The position numbers were made by a program, and so were the translations under genes. Positions 47,401-58,340 of a DNA stretch of 64,000 nucleotides are shown piece by piece. The stretch comes from Phoronis australis (lineage: Eukaryota; Animalia; Phoronida), in assembly GCA_002633005.1 (NCBI GenBank), contig NMRA01000396.1, positions 330,749 to 394,748 of the forward strand. Direction: 5' to 3'. The notes beneath the pieces were generated by a model. The model made no database searches. It saw only the letters and a program-made list of their open reading frames with translations, and had not been told where the DNA came from. Each line of letters opens with the position of its first letter. The first letter of the stretch is position 1.

Positions 47401-50400
47401 GCCACTATGTGCTCATTTGCACTGGATGCAAGCCGAAAATGTGTAACTCGTATATAGAATCCTAAACGAGTCTCAGGTTTATGACATGGGCAAAACCTCT
47501 TGGAAATTTCGTCAAAATCCCGAGGCTTTCACATGAACCGTAAAAACTATCTTGTTTGCGGAAAAACTAGACGTGTCTAAAACTTTCAACCACATGACGC
47601 ATTTTTATGCGCCCACATATTTATATGTGGACGCTTTATGCCGCCATCTCCGTCCGTCCGTTCGTTCGTCCGTTCACCCGTCCGTCCGTCCGTCCGTCCG
47701 GCGTCCGGCGTCCGGTGGTCTATCTCCAAAATGCCTTGACGTATGTTCATGAAATTTTGCACATTCTTTCCTTCTGTGGATGGGACGGCATGAGTGAAAT
47801 TTTGGACGGATCCGACTAGCGGTGTGCCCCCTAGTGGCAATTTTAGTTTGTTACGTTTATCTCTGTATCTTCTCCGTTCTCAACGGATTTTCATCATCGA
47901 TAAAATTTTGTTCATAGGCACCTATTAATGAGATGATGCGATCCTCTTGTTTTCGAAAGAATTCGACGTAGTTTGCGTCATCTAGTGACCTTTTTACTTT
48001 TTCCGAGTCTGTTTTTGCATGCACTCCTCCATCAACCAAATCGCTCAAAGGATGATTGCGAAAATTGGCATGCATGTTCCTACTATGAATTGGACGGCTG
48101 ACAATGATTTTACGACTTCTACTACTGTGGCGCCTCCTAGTGGCAGTTTTGTTTATTTTTGCGCCAATGGCTGTATTTCCTAAACCGTTTGCAGGATCTG
48201 TACTTAATTTAGCGAGTGTATTTATATGATGTTGACAACCTACGACGACGACTTTCTGATGGATCCTGACTGCTGGTGTGCCACCTAGCGGCAGTTTTAG
48301 TTTTTTTTACGTTTACCTGTGTATCCTTAATGGTCCTCAACAGATTTTCATAAAATTTTGAATATAGGCATCTATTGGCAACGTAACGCTATCCTCCTGT
48401 TTTTGGATGGAATCGAGGTATTTCGAGACACCTAGTGGCCATTTTTGCTGTTTTCAAGCCCTTTTTGGCACACACGCTTCTATCAACCAAAGCATTCTAG
48501 GAATGGTTATGAAAATTGGCATATATGTTCTTATCGTGAAGAGGACATTTGATGATGGCGACTGACAACTGTGGCGCTTCCTAGTGGTATTTTTTTGTTT
48601 TGTGCCCATAGCTCTATCTCTTAAACCCACTGCACGATCTTTATTAAATTTAGTAAGTGTATTAATATATGAAGATTACAACAGACGACGATCATGACTT
48701 TCAGGCGGATCCAACGGACGCTGTGGCCACGGGTGGCAGTTTCATTTTATTCTGTTTCCCATTGTTTTTCTGAAGTTCCTTGACAGAATTTTATTAAGAA
48801 TGGCATGTTCCTGTTTTTGGATAGATTGTACCGTTTTGCGCTATCTAGTGGCCATTTTTATGATACAAATAAATAACCCTAAAAGCACACCATGTGCGAT
48901 GCATTCGTGGGCGCGTTTCTCTTGTTGTGAAAACGGTTGCGCAATGTGAAGTAATGCACTTACTTTTTGTAAATAGTTTTAATTTAAGCTTAACAATTGT
49001 AACTTGCATTACGCTTTCGTAGCAAATAGATAGGTTGGAATGTAATGAATATTCTATGAAGTTATAATATTAACACTTAATAAGCCAGCAAGGCTTCCCC
49101 GTGTGTGAGCACTGAATTCACCTTGAGACAGCACTGCTAGACTGGCTCGTCGTGTTTCTTGAGTTAGGGTTGGTCTCTGTTTGCATGAAATTGGATATGG
49201 AATTCGCCGCCGAGGATGGGTCCGTTTAAGAAGTTGTTCGCGTGTCCTTCCGACTAGGAGTACGTACGGTTGCGTTGCAACACCCGATTTGTCAATCTTA
49301 ACCGTGTCACCTTCTCGGAATTCCGGTATTGTTTGGTTGACGCGCGTTTGGTGGTTTGCAGACGATAAAATGTTACGCGCAAGGATTGTTACTTTGCACT
49401 ACTTTGTGATTTGCCCATGTCTAATAAAAAATACGTACTCTGTGATAGTCGTGTCGTAACACATAACAGGTCATGTGAGAAATAAAATCTAGGTTCTTGA
49501 GATCATTGGTCCATTGCGTTATTTTCACTTAAAACCACGTATTACACGTACTTAAATATTGATGTCTAGTCCGAAGTTCCACTACTTCTAGAGTTCAATA
49601 CTCTGAGGATTCACTGCTCCTTAAATTTAGCATGTCTCTTTATGAGGGTGAATTGACGTAAAACTGTATTTGTATCAATTTAACGAAACTGGCAGAGGCT
49701 GGGTAACCCCTTTCACTATCGATCCGGTCGTGTGCGTGGTTACCGGGTATGGTGGGTCAGGTTGGGCGAGCAGCGGATAAACATTTCTTTCTCTCTGTGA
49801 AATGGTATGATCAGATTATGAATTTGGTCAATGTATGGTGGTTGATAATTCATTCATAGTCCTACTTTATATTCCTTCGAAAGGCAAACCGAAGTACGTA
49901 CTCATTTTTCGTATCCATAAGAAATATTTTCAAACCCAGTTTCGCATGCGCATGCCAAAACGCTCGCAAACTGTTGTTTTTGTTGATACTTCATGTCGTT
50001 TATTTTTGCATAAAGAAATATGAAAATTACACCGGAGTCTGCAAGTTGATACATATCCATAGGAGTAAACCTTCGGTGTAGGCAACCTTCAGAATAGTGA
50101 TAATCCCTCAGAGCTCTGAAACTTTGGAGTTAGTGGGATGATCTCCTTTAATATCGCTAACCATATGGTGCTCTTCACTTTATTTGCCAGTTTTCTTTTC
50201 TTTCCTTTGTAGGAAAGCATCTTTCTCTGTCTTGTAAACGAGTTCATAAGAAACGTTGCTGACAATTCCTTAAATAACTTTTTCATAATCTTTACGACCA
50301 TTTCCCTTGGATCTACATAACATGTTAGACTCGGTCGCTTTTGACATATCCACAAAGATGATCACCTTTAGAAAATTGTCCAGTAACTTGAACACGTATT

Positions 50401-52919
50401 TCAGGAGTTGGCCGTAGCAAGAAAGTAATACTGTTGATCACAGACCATGCTTTGAGAAGTCAAGAGTCATGGTGGAGCTTTGAAACTGACCTGTCTCTGT
50501 CCATTAAGGGGAAGGGCAAGATTCTCTGTGTGGTGAAAGGACATCTGCCCATCGGCAGGTAATTAACAAAACAGCAAATAAGTAAGAGATTATACAGGCA
50601 ATGGCAAAATGGCAATACTATAATTTCTACAATGAGGTGGTCTTGACTTGTGTAGCAGGAGTGAGTCCACTAAGGTCAGTGTCCTACCTGCAGGTATTCG
50701 AATGCCAACATACAGGCCCGATATTCAGTGAATTGCCCGCAGGAGCACTGAATCCTTTTTACACAGGATTATCATTGAACATGGATACTTCTAATTCTTG
50801 TTGCACTGTTTTTATGATTTTTTTTTTGTTAACAAGGGTCCTCAGTCTGCATCCAACATTAACTCACAAGGAAAGACTCCTTAATCAGCAATTATTCAAG
50901 AAAACAGCTAATTTGTTGAAATTTGAACTTACAACTGAACACCAAGTATTAAAACCCTTGATATTTTGCACCAAATACTAGTTCGGGAATTGATGTAATA
51001 TCTAGCGCGTTGTTCAAATCTTGTGCGAAACTATTTGCAGAACTTCTTACACAACATAGTCGTCAATAGCTACATCCTCCTTTCAATACTCCCTGTTTTT
51101 AAAGGTTTTTAACAAAGTTGTCTATTCACAGTTTTACATTTATTTCATCGGGAAAAATCAATCAATATGCAAACATCAATATGAATTCCGACCACACTAC
51201 TCCCAACTACTCCTCGAAAACAGCCGTTTTGGAATTAATCGATAGATTTCATACATATCTCAAGAAAAGTAAAAGCAAAGCTTTTGACACCATAAACATG
51301 TCGCTTTCCAAATTGAAACTCTGGAGTACATACTAGCATAGTGTAGGCATGGTTTCAAAGTTATCTAACTTCCAGAAACCAGTATGCATCGTTTTAGTAA
51401 TTCTGCCTCTACTCAAAAATGCATAACCATTAGAGTACCAGTAAGTTTTTTTCAGGTTCTCTCTTTTTCATGATAATCAGTGACTTTTGTTAATGAAGAA
51501 ACTCTGACTAACTTATTGATGTGTGACCACGACACCTGCTTGATTTTACTATTTTCAAAGCATATAAAGACGTGACATAGCTTTACTTTTTAACGAATGA
51601 ATAACAAAATTTTACAAACATAATGAATGGCTGGTATTCAACAAATTGTAGTAAAAAGAAAATTTGTGCTGTCATCAATAAAATATACACGTAAAACATA
51701 TTCCACGACTAAAGGTAAAAACACACTGATTCTAAAAAATTTAAATGTATTGATCTAAAAGTCTTTTACCTGGAACAAACAATTGAAATATTATTTAACA
51801 AGATACGTGGACTGACAGATTCCAATCACATATATAGTACACACCAATAGTATTCAGATAAAATGACACTATAATAGTCATAACCTGTCATTTTTGCTGT
51901 CAAGATAATTAGACGTAATGGTAAGGAAACAGTCACGGTCAACCCATTTGTAAACAAAGATAAAACTTGACATGACAATGAACATACATTGTTTGCACAA
52001 AATTCACAATTGCGCTGAAAACTTAAAAAACATAGTTGAGTTCCTGTTGACACTCTTTCGTCAGTGCAACTGGCCACTTATCCCAAAGATGCTCAATCGT
52101 CAAACTTTTCCGAACGTATAGTAACTGAGTATTTTTTTCACATTCCTATCTTTATAGTTTTTGTAAAGAGTACTTATTGAATAAGCACCCGTTAATATGT
52201 AATTTTAAGAACAGCTTGGTGTCTTGCCAGTTGTAAAATCTCAGTGGAGTTGTTATGTACTGGTGTTATTTAACGCTGCCCCAGCTTTTTACGAATGCGG
52301 ATGTCCACCGATATCTTTCTGAGAAAGTTCTATATCACAAACAATGAATAGACAGTCGGTATTGAATGTGTCATGATCTCTGTGTCCAGTGGTCTATAGA
52401 AATGAAAAAATATAAATTATCTATTTCCCGATTTTTTACCATTGATGTTGAAAGCTATCATTACATTCTCCTACTTCGATATTCTCTAATTTGCCATTCT
52501 CACTGCAGTTGTGAATAGCTACTGGGATGTTCTATACATAACTTAGTATATAATCGTTGGATAATTGAAAAAATGATAGGTTATCTAAATGCTTTTTTCG
52601 ATAGTCTCTCATACAAAAGACCTTCAATCAACACGAATTGTAACTTGCTTTTGTTATTTTTAATTACTATATAATTACTTGATGTTGATGATTAAGTGGT
52701 ATTTGTACCATTACCGTAACCACTGCATTGACTATTTTCATTACTATCAGGTTGAACCGGAAACTGAGATACCTAATGGCAGACGACACATACCTGCTGT
52801 GGCCAGATAACGAAAATGCTGCGAACATGTTCACTTTCTGGAGAAATGTTGCCTTAGCAATCACCAGTAAAAATGGTATTCAGATTGACACAGGGGGTGA
52901 GTATTTGACGCAAACTTAG
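40463..52919 (+). CDS. Toll-like receptor (single cysteine cluster type), CDS join(40463..41450, 42826..42966, 44820..45710, 46354..46581, 50405..50558, 52751..52919), ~856 aa
   Basis: Signal peptide, LRRNT (CGAPSGCTC...VSCIGLGL...P), many LxxLxLxxN repeats, LRRCT (LSGNIMLCSC..LNFLEWL..YMC..EC), TM helix, and a TIR with box1 YDAYLAY, box2 LKIYIHDRNAPLPG, SKKVILLIT, WWSFE, TYLLWP and box3 FWRNV. All junctions are GT-AG with consistent phase (2571 nt). The exon 4 start is uncertain (see findings). Confidence 0.9.
42826..42966 (+). CDS. TLR exon 2 (LRR LVHLREIHVSWQ plus start of an insert loop)
   Basis: ccacag acceptor, 141-nt symmetric phase-1 exon with an open frame, ACAG|gtaaga donor. Not in the ORF track in this frame. 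Confidence 0.75.
44820..45710 (+). CDS. TLR exon 3 (LRRs, LRRCT, TM)
   Basis: tcctttcag acceptor in frame with the 308-aa ORF; ATAG|gtaagt donor. Confidence 0.92.
46354..46581 (+). CDS. TLR exon 4 (juxtamembrane, TIR box1 and box2)
   Basis: YRRWHIRYIIYKLF...YDAYLAYESRD...GLKIYIHDRNAPLPG; GACG|gtgagt donor. The 5' boundary may ancestrally be 45870. Confidence 0.82.
47603..48926 (+). mobile_element. HINE/DINE-1-like element (second copy) in TLR intron 4
   Basis: TTTTATGCGCCCACATATTTATATGTGG start, (CCGT)n microsatellite at 47650-47700, ~150-bp units, gtgggcgcgt...ctcttgtt end. Confidence 0.78.
50405..50558 (+). CDS. TLR exon 5 (TIR middle)
   Basis: tttcag acceptor; GVGRSKKVILLITDHALRSQESWWSFETDLSL...KILCVV; CAG|gtaatt donor. 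Confidence 0.85.
50980..51800 (+). mobile_element. Decayed LINE (CR1/L2-type) reverse transcriptase fragment in TLR intron 5
   Basis: Broken motifs GIDVISSALFK, SSKTAVLELID, SKAFDTIN..LSKL and WFQSYLTSRNQY. Confidence 0.65.
52751..52919 (+). CDS. TLR exon 6 (TIR C-terminus, stop)
   Basis: tatcag acceptor; LNRKLRYLMADDTYLLWPD...FWRNVALAI. A possible further donor (G|gtgagt near 52896) cannot be excluded. Confidence 0.85.
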
Positions 52920-53717
52920 AATTGAGCCTTGGCATAAAATCCCTAGAATATCAGGAGAGCAAGGGTAAACATTCAGGGAGTTATGTAATGGAACAACTTA
53001 GGTAGTATAAAAGGATTCTTGCCTAGTTGCCAGGCGGACAAAGGTTATCGGTTCCACGTGTTACTACTAATTGTTTCAACAAACCGTTGTTCACATGTTG
53101 TCGGTCCGTTTTCACATTAGTGCATCTGTAGACCTAAGTGTGAATCTATTTTCAACCCAATGCCAAAATATCTTCAGAGATAAGTGACGTTCATGTTCTT
53201 TGTATCCAACCTGTCCACATTTAGTCGTTATAAGATATGAAGTAAGTTGCTCATTTCCCTCGCTTTTGAATATATGACTGAAGAAGCCTATTACTGTGTG
53301 TTATTGATCTCGTTTTAGTGTGTGGGCTATATGTGCCTGAGCATCAGGTCCAGACGATTGCACAACAATTGCCGATGGAACGTATTTCTGCGGCATCCAC
53401 TTAATTGACGAGACAATCACCGCCAATACTGCATAGAGGAGATTGAGCTGATTTTAATACATGCGGCGACACGTGTTACATTAGCGCCGTTGTGTTGTTA
53501 ATGTCGTTCGTACATCTGTGTTTGGTTGCAACTACTATTCCGGTTGTGTTGGGTGGCACTGAACAGTTAGACTGCGGCCTCGGCCAATTTGCATTCCCAA
53601 AATATTAAAATCTATGGATAGGCCAGGCTTAGTTGGGAGCATTTTTAGTTAGGTGTTGTATGTAGGCCAAGTGAATTTGGTTTGTTTGTATTTAGTGAAC
53701 ATGCTGAGAATTATAAA

Positions 53718-54220
53718 AGGCCACTTTCTTGGCTGTAGCTGCACTCTTCTTGAATATGGCGGCCCCCTGTTGCAGTTGTGCATTGCTGTGTAGCAACTGA
53801 GAAATTGGCCCTGATTTCAGGTAGCCCTCAAACAAGCCAGATTTGCAAAAAAAAACTAGTTGGTTAACAGTACATTTGCCGGACCACATTTTTGGAATCG
53901 GTAAGACATTTGCTTTCGGAATCTAATGTTGGCTTTAGTCGAGCATCGACAAGGAAGTGGTGGTTTTGGGGTGAAAAGTGACGATTTTGCATTATATTGT
54001 CCTTATAGTTCTTAGTCTAGCTTGGTTGCCACTGGGAGTGAAAGGGTCAAAAATACCAGAGAGAACAAAGTTTCTGTGCTCATCTGTAGGGCTTGTGATG
54101 TGAAATGAGTCAAAAGCTTTCTTTATTTACATGCAGTTTTTGTCAGAGTGAAGAAAGGGTGAAGAGTCCATTGACTTGTGTTCTGATAGGCAAATCCCTG
54201 TGAGAACTATGCAGTGCCTC
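53718..54220 (-). repeat. Dispersed repeat (diverged copy of 7650-8135)
   Basis: Reverse-complement similarity to 7650-8135. Confidence 0.7.
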
Positions 54221-55914
54221 CATTTTAGTGTCGTTCGTATGACTGTGTTTGGTTGGAATTAACTCTTCCGTTTCCGACTTTGTCTTTAGGTGGCACTCAA
54301 CAGCCCCCCTTTCAATAATGCTAGGACCTTGCTATAAAGCCAGTCTTTGGGAGAATTTCGTTAGATATCTCCGAGTATTTTAAATGAAATCACACCTGAA
54401 TTAAACAAAGTCTATAACAAAGTCTATTGAAACTAATTCCTCATTAATCATTGTTTACCTTTTTATGACTAACGGAAGTGCAGCCGACCTATGAGATATG
54501 TACATAGAGCTGACATGACGTGGTTTTCCTTGAGCGGAGTGATCCGCCATGTTGCTGATGAACCATGTTCATCGAGATGCGTGTGCACTGTATAGTATCT
54601 AAGAACTAATATTGGTAACAACACATGATTTCAAGTAAAAACTCACAGCTTTAATGTCAGGATCACCAAGTGCAAAGTGGGATTTTTAGAAAATCATACA
54701 AGAAAATCATTGCATACTTGAGCACAGAATTAAAGGGTCTTAACGCTTATCTTTAGTTAAAGCAGAAAACATCAAAAATAAAGTGTAACTTCTGGTATTA
54801 GACCGAGAATCATTGATATAATTTTTTGGTCTGTCGAGGCTTAAAAATTGAAACTGAAATAGAAGAATTTTGTGAGTGAGAATCCGATCGCAGAAACAAT
54901 ATTGTTCAACTTCATTTGTTCCCTAGAACACCCATTAAAGTCGATTTTCCGTAGTCTTTTGCCTGACTTTCCTTCTTAAACTGATGTGGGTTTAGTGGCC
55001 TTATGTTCTCTCCAAGATATATGTTGTTTTCTAACAACCGAGAAGCACAAAAAGCGACTACAAGATTAATAGTTGGGCATTTTACAGAGTGAACACCAAT
55101 TAGAAGATTTATTAAATATAGCCAGGTTGTTGGGAACAGGGCAGGATCGAAGGAAGGGATACTGCAAGAATACTACACCCCACAATGCTATATTGGGACG
55201 GTAGAGGTTTTTTCTGTAGATTTCAAGAGATGGGACAAATGTTATGTAACGTTGCAAGCTATTAAAATCTGCAACTGTCTTACTTGAGGAAGATGGTCAT
55301 TTTTATATTCTGTCCTGTTTATGGTCTTCTGCTACTTACAGTGTATCAATGCCTGGGTATGTAGCACAGAGCAGATAGAGTTTACGACCATTGAGTTTTG
55401 TCATATTTATTTTGTAGCGGGGTGTTGTCAATGTAAATGTACTAGTAACATAATTGTGTGCCATCAAATGTCAGATCCAGCTGAATGTGAGGGATTAAAT
55501 AAGAGTTGGTTGAAATCTGACTTTTTCTGAAGTGAAGTGCGTGTACCAGTACGGCACAGTAACTTTATACGAGCGAGACATACCCCTTTTACTGTCAAGG
55601 TGTGATTTTACTGCGTGATATTTTGAAATAAATGAAAATTTTATTGTTTGAAATGGTTACAGTATCTCATTGTGTTGTTTCTGTGTGAACATTTTTGTTG
55701 TTCTTTCCGTTCTGAATGGCCAATCAGGTGGAAGTGTGCGTGTTACTGAAAGAAAAAAATCTGCCATTCCGCATATCATGGGTGGATAAAATGGATACAT
55801 TGATTAGTGTAAAAAATAATATTGGTATAAGTTAATAATGCGAACGTCTTTTGAAAACTTTAGTTCCTCTTATTGCAGCCGGCGTGTTGTTTTACAACAG
55901 AGTCTATGTCACAA

Positions 55915-56162
55915 CTATTTATTTGTTTATTTATTTATTGTGATATTTAAAATAAGGGTGACCTCTTCAGTCATAGCACTGCTTTCCAGAGGGCCCTCAA
56001 CAACAAAAAGCAGTAATAACAACAATTAAATATACGAAACAAGGATACAATTACGACAAAGAATGGTGAAAATTTAACTAAGAGGGATGAAATAAATAAA
56101 GAGATGACTCTAAACAGAGCAAGTATTTACGACAATGAAAAAAATGACATGATTAAGACGGG
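55915..56162 (-). mobile_element. 3' UTR/tail of the same LINE, separated by the Kolobok insertion
   Basis: (TTTA)n tail and the gggtgacctcttcagt...ttccagagggccct 3'-end block on the other side of the TTAA TSD. Confidence 0.55.
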
Positions 56163-56166
56163 TTAA

Positions 56167-57835
56167 AGGAGAATGCCACACGATTTAATTAGTCTTTTTT
56201 GTCGTCTTAATCGGTCTATATTCACATCGCCTCGCATACGGTCGACCTTACCTTGCCAAGAGGTGTCGCGTTAACCTGTGAGGAAGGTGAAAAACGACGC
56301 TAGCGACGTCAGTGGTTCATATGCAGAGTGAACGCCGCTATGTTGCGGTGCATCGTTCCCGCTTGTCCGAACTAAGCAGCTCAGAAGAAAGCGGGTATAT
56401 CGTTTTTTCTACTTCCTCGAGAGTCCGAAATGCTTAGGAAGTGGCTCATGGTAGTGAAGAATGAAATGTACGCTGTAAATAGCAAGTATGAGGCCGTGAA
56501 ACATCTCCGTGTCTGTGGCCTGCAGACGTCGACAGTGCCTGACGGAATGCCGGCTTACCGGCCAAATAACTCCATGCGTTCCGTTGTCTGAGCTTGTTCA
56601 CGAAGCCTCTCTAGTATTTCTTAATCACCGTATTCCTGTTCGAATTGATGACCTGTAAAACTTAACGATCCACCTGCGAAGTCGGGACTGGTGAGCTCTA
56701 GCTCGTCCTAAGTCGGGATTGCGAGTTGCCCATGCCATGTTGGCGTTTATTACTGAGCGCTCTGTTTCAAAATGAATTATTCTCACCCTAACCAATACTT
56801 ATATAAAACTGAAACAAAGTCTGTCTCTTTAGATGCAATTTGTAATGCCTTTGGAGTGTTCGTGAGTGTAAATGATTTGAGAAGCCAGCAATGAATAAAT
56901 CACTGCTTACCGGCTTTAGGTGCAATAAAACTCAGTAATTGACGGGACACCGAGGCCGTGTGAGCTCATGCTAATTTAGTGTTTCACGCGGCTGGCAGAA
57001 ACTGTTGTGAAACAACTCGATTTCCATCCCACGGCCAGGTGTTAGGGGAATCTTTATTTACATTTACATTACTCAAATAATGATTGTCAATGTACAACTT
57101 CTGCCCTGACGGTGCTGTGGCCAAAGCGGAACCTGAATTCGCGGCCCCCGACGAGTAAGTAGATTTGCAGTTTCGTGGCTAATTAACCAACATAATCAGG
57201 TGCACATTACTTTGGCTCACTAGTAAAGTATTTTCTTGAGTGGAAGTTTAGTTTCCACTGAACTGATCAGTTTCCGAGTCACTGACCGGGATAACGAGTC
57301 AATCCGGCCGGCTGCGACGGGCCTGATCGGGCTCCGAGCCACTGGCCAGAATAACAAGCGTTTTGTGTTTAGAACTCAAAAAATCACAAGTATAAACAAC
57401 ACAGATCTAGGTTCTCCTGTCTGTATCTCACGGAAAATACTTCGAAATTATCTCCGAACAGACCCCAAACTCCTGCTACGGACCTTATTGGCCTGCCGAA
57501 CTTTGTAGGCTACGGTGTGTCCAAATACCAATAAATTCGTAAAAGCGAAATAAAAACAACACGTTTTTATAAGAATTCGGTGTATTTTTAAGTGTTTTAC
57601 ATCGAAGTTTGATGATTTATTGGTGTTAAACGATGACTTCAAGCGATAAGCTGACACCAGTAATCCGTGTTGTGAACTGCTGAACAGACTGTGAAACCGA
57701 TGACGTCATTGGATAATTTCAACACCTCCGTCTGCCGTCAGGTGTCAGGTAACGCAACCGTACGTGTCGTTATGGAGTAGAACTACTCAATCTAAATTGA
57801 TACAAATCAGGTTGTTTTTTGGGTGGCATGCTCCT
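56167..57835 (+). mobile_element. Non-autonomous Kolobok-like DNA transposon
   Basis: TTAA on both sides (56163-66, 57836-39); TIR AGGAGAATGCCAC versus AGGAGCATGCCAC (12/13, purine-purine ends); internal THAP remnant; inserted within a LINE fragment. Confidence 0.8.
56340..56525 (+). pseudogene. THAP zinc-finger remnant of the Kolobok transposase
   Basis: MLRCIVPACPN*AAQKKAGISFFLLPRESEMLRKWLMVVKN...KHLRVCGLQ shows the C-x4-C...F..P...W...VC pattern, with an in-frame TAA and loss of the terminal HF. Confidence 0.75.
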
Positions 57836-57839
57836 TTAA

Positions 57840-58340
57840 GACGTGTAGGGTATAAAAAAGATTAGGTAAATTACACCCACATTTTAATATTACGTTTGAA
57901 AGTATTAATTGAATCGAACCGTTTAATTTCTGGGCTAAGAGAATTCCATATTGTAGTAGTAGCGTAGATAAAAGATCTCTTGCATGTATCGGTTTTAATT
58001 CTTTTAAAATAAACATTTCCAGCAACAGAAGAACCTGTAGAATGGGAGGCTTCGTTGCTATTGAATTTCGGGGTGAGATATGCTGGAGCCAAGCCATTGA
58101 TATATCTGTCCATACAACAGGCAGAGAGATATTTATTTCTTTGTTTTACTTTCATAAATCCCAGCTTGGAATACAACTCATCAACCCTGGTGTCCCTAAC
58201 TATAGACGGCTAAGTACAACGATTTGCTTTGATAATTTCTTTGTGGTGTGATCTATGTGCATATTAAATTTAAGATTGGGATATAAAATAAGGCCCAAGT
58301 ACTTAAACTTGTCAACATTCTCGATCTGAGAACCGTTGAG
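57840..58340 (-). mobile_element. LINE (CR1/L2-type) ORF2 C-terminal remnant
   Basis: IENVDKFKYLGL, then GLAPAYL...KRSFIY....WNSL...FKRNIK. Confidence 0.75.

Noticed and set aside
48923-49468. Possible solo LTR (TGTTGTG...CATAACA with AATAAA)
   Set aside because: No matching TSD found and the left end is confounded by the HINE terminus.
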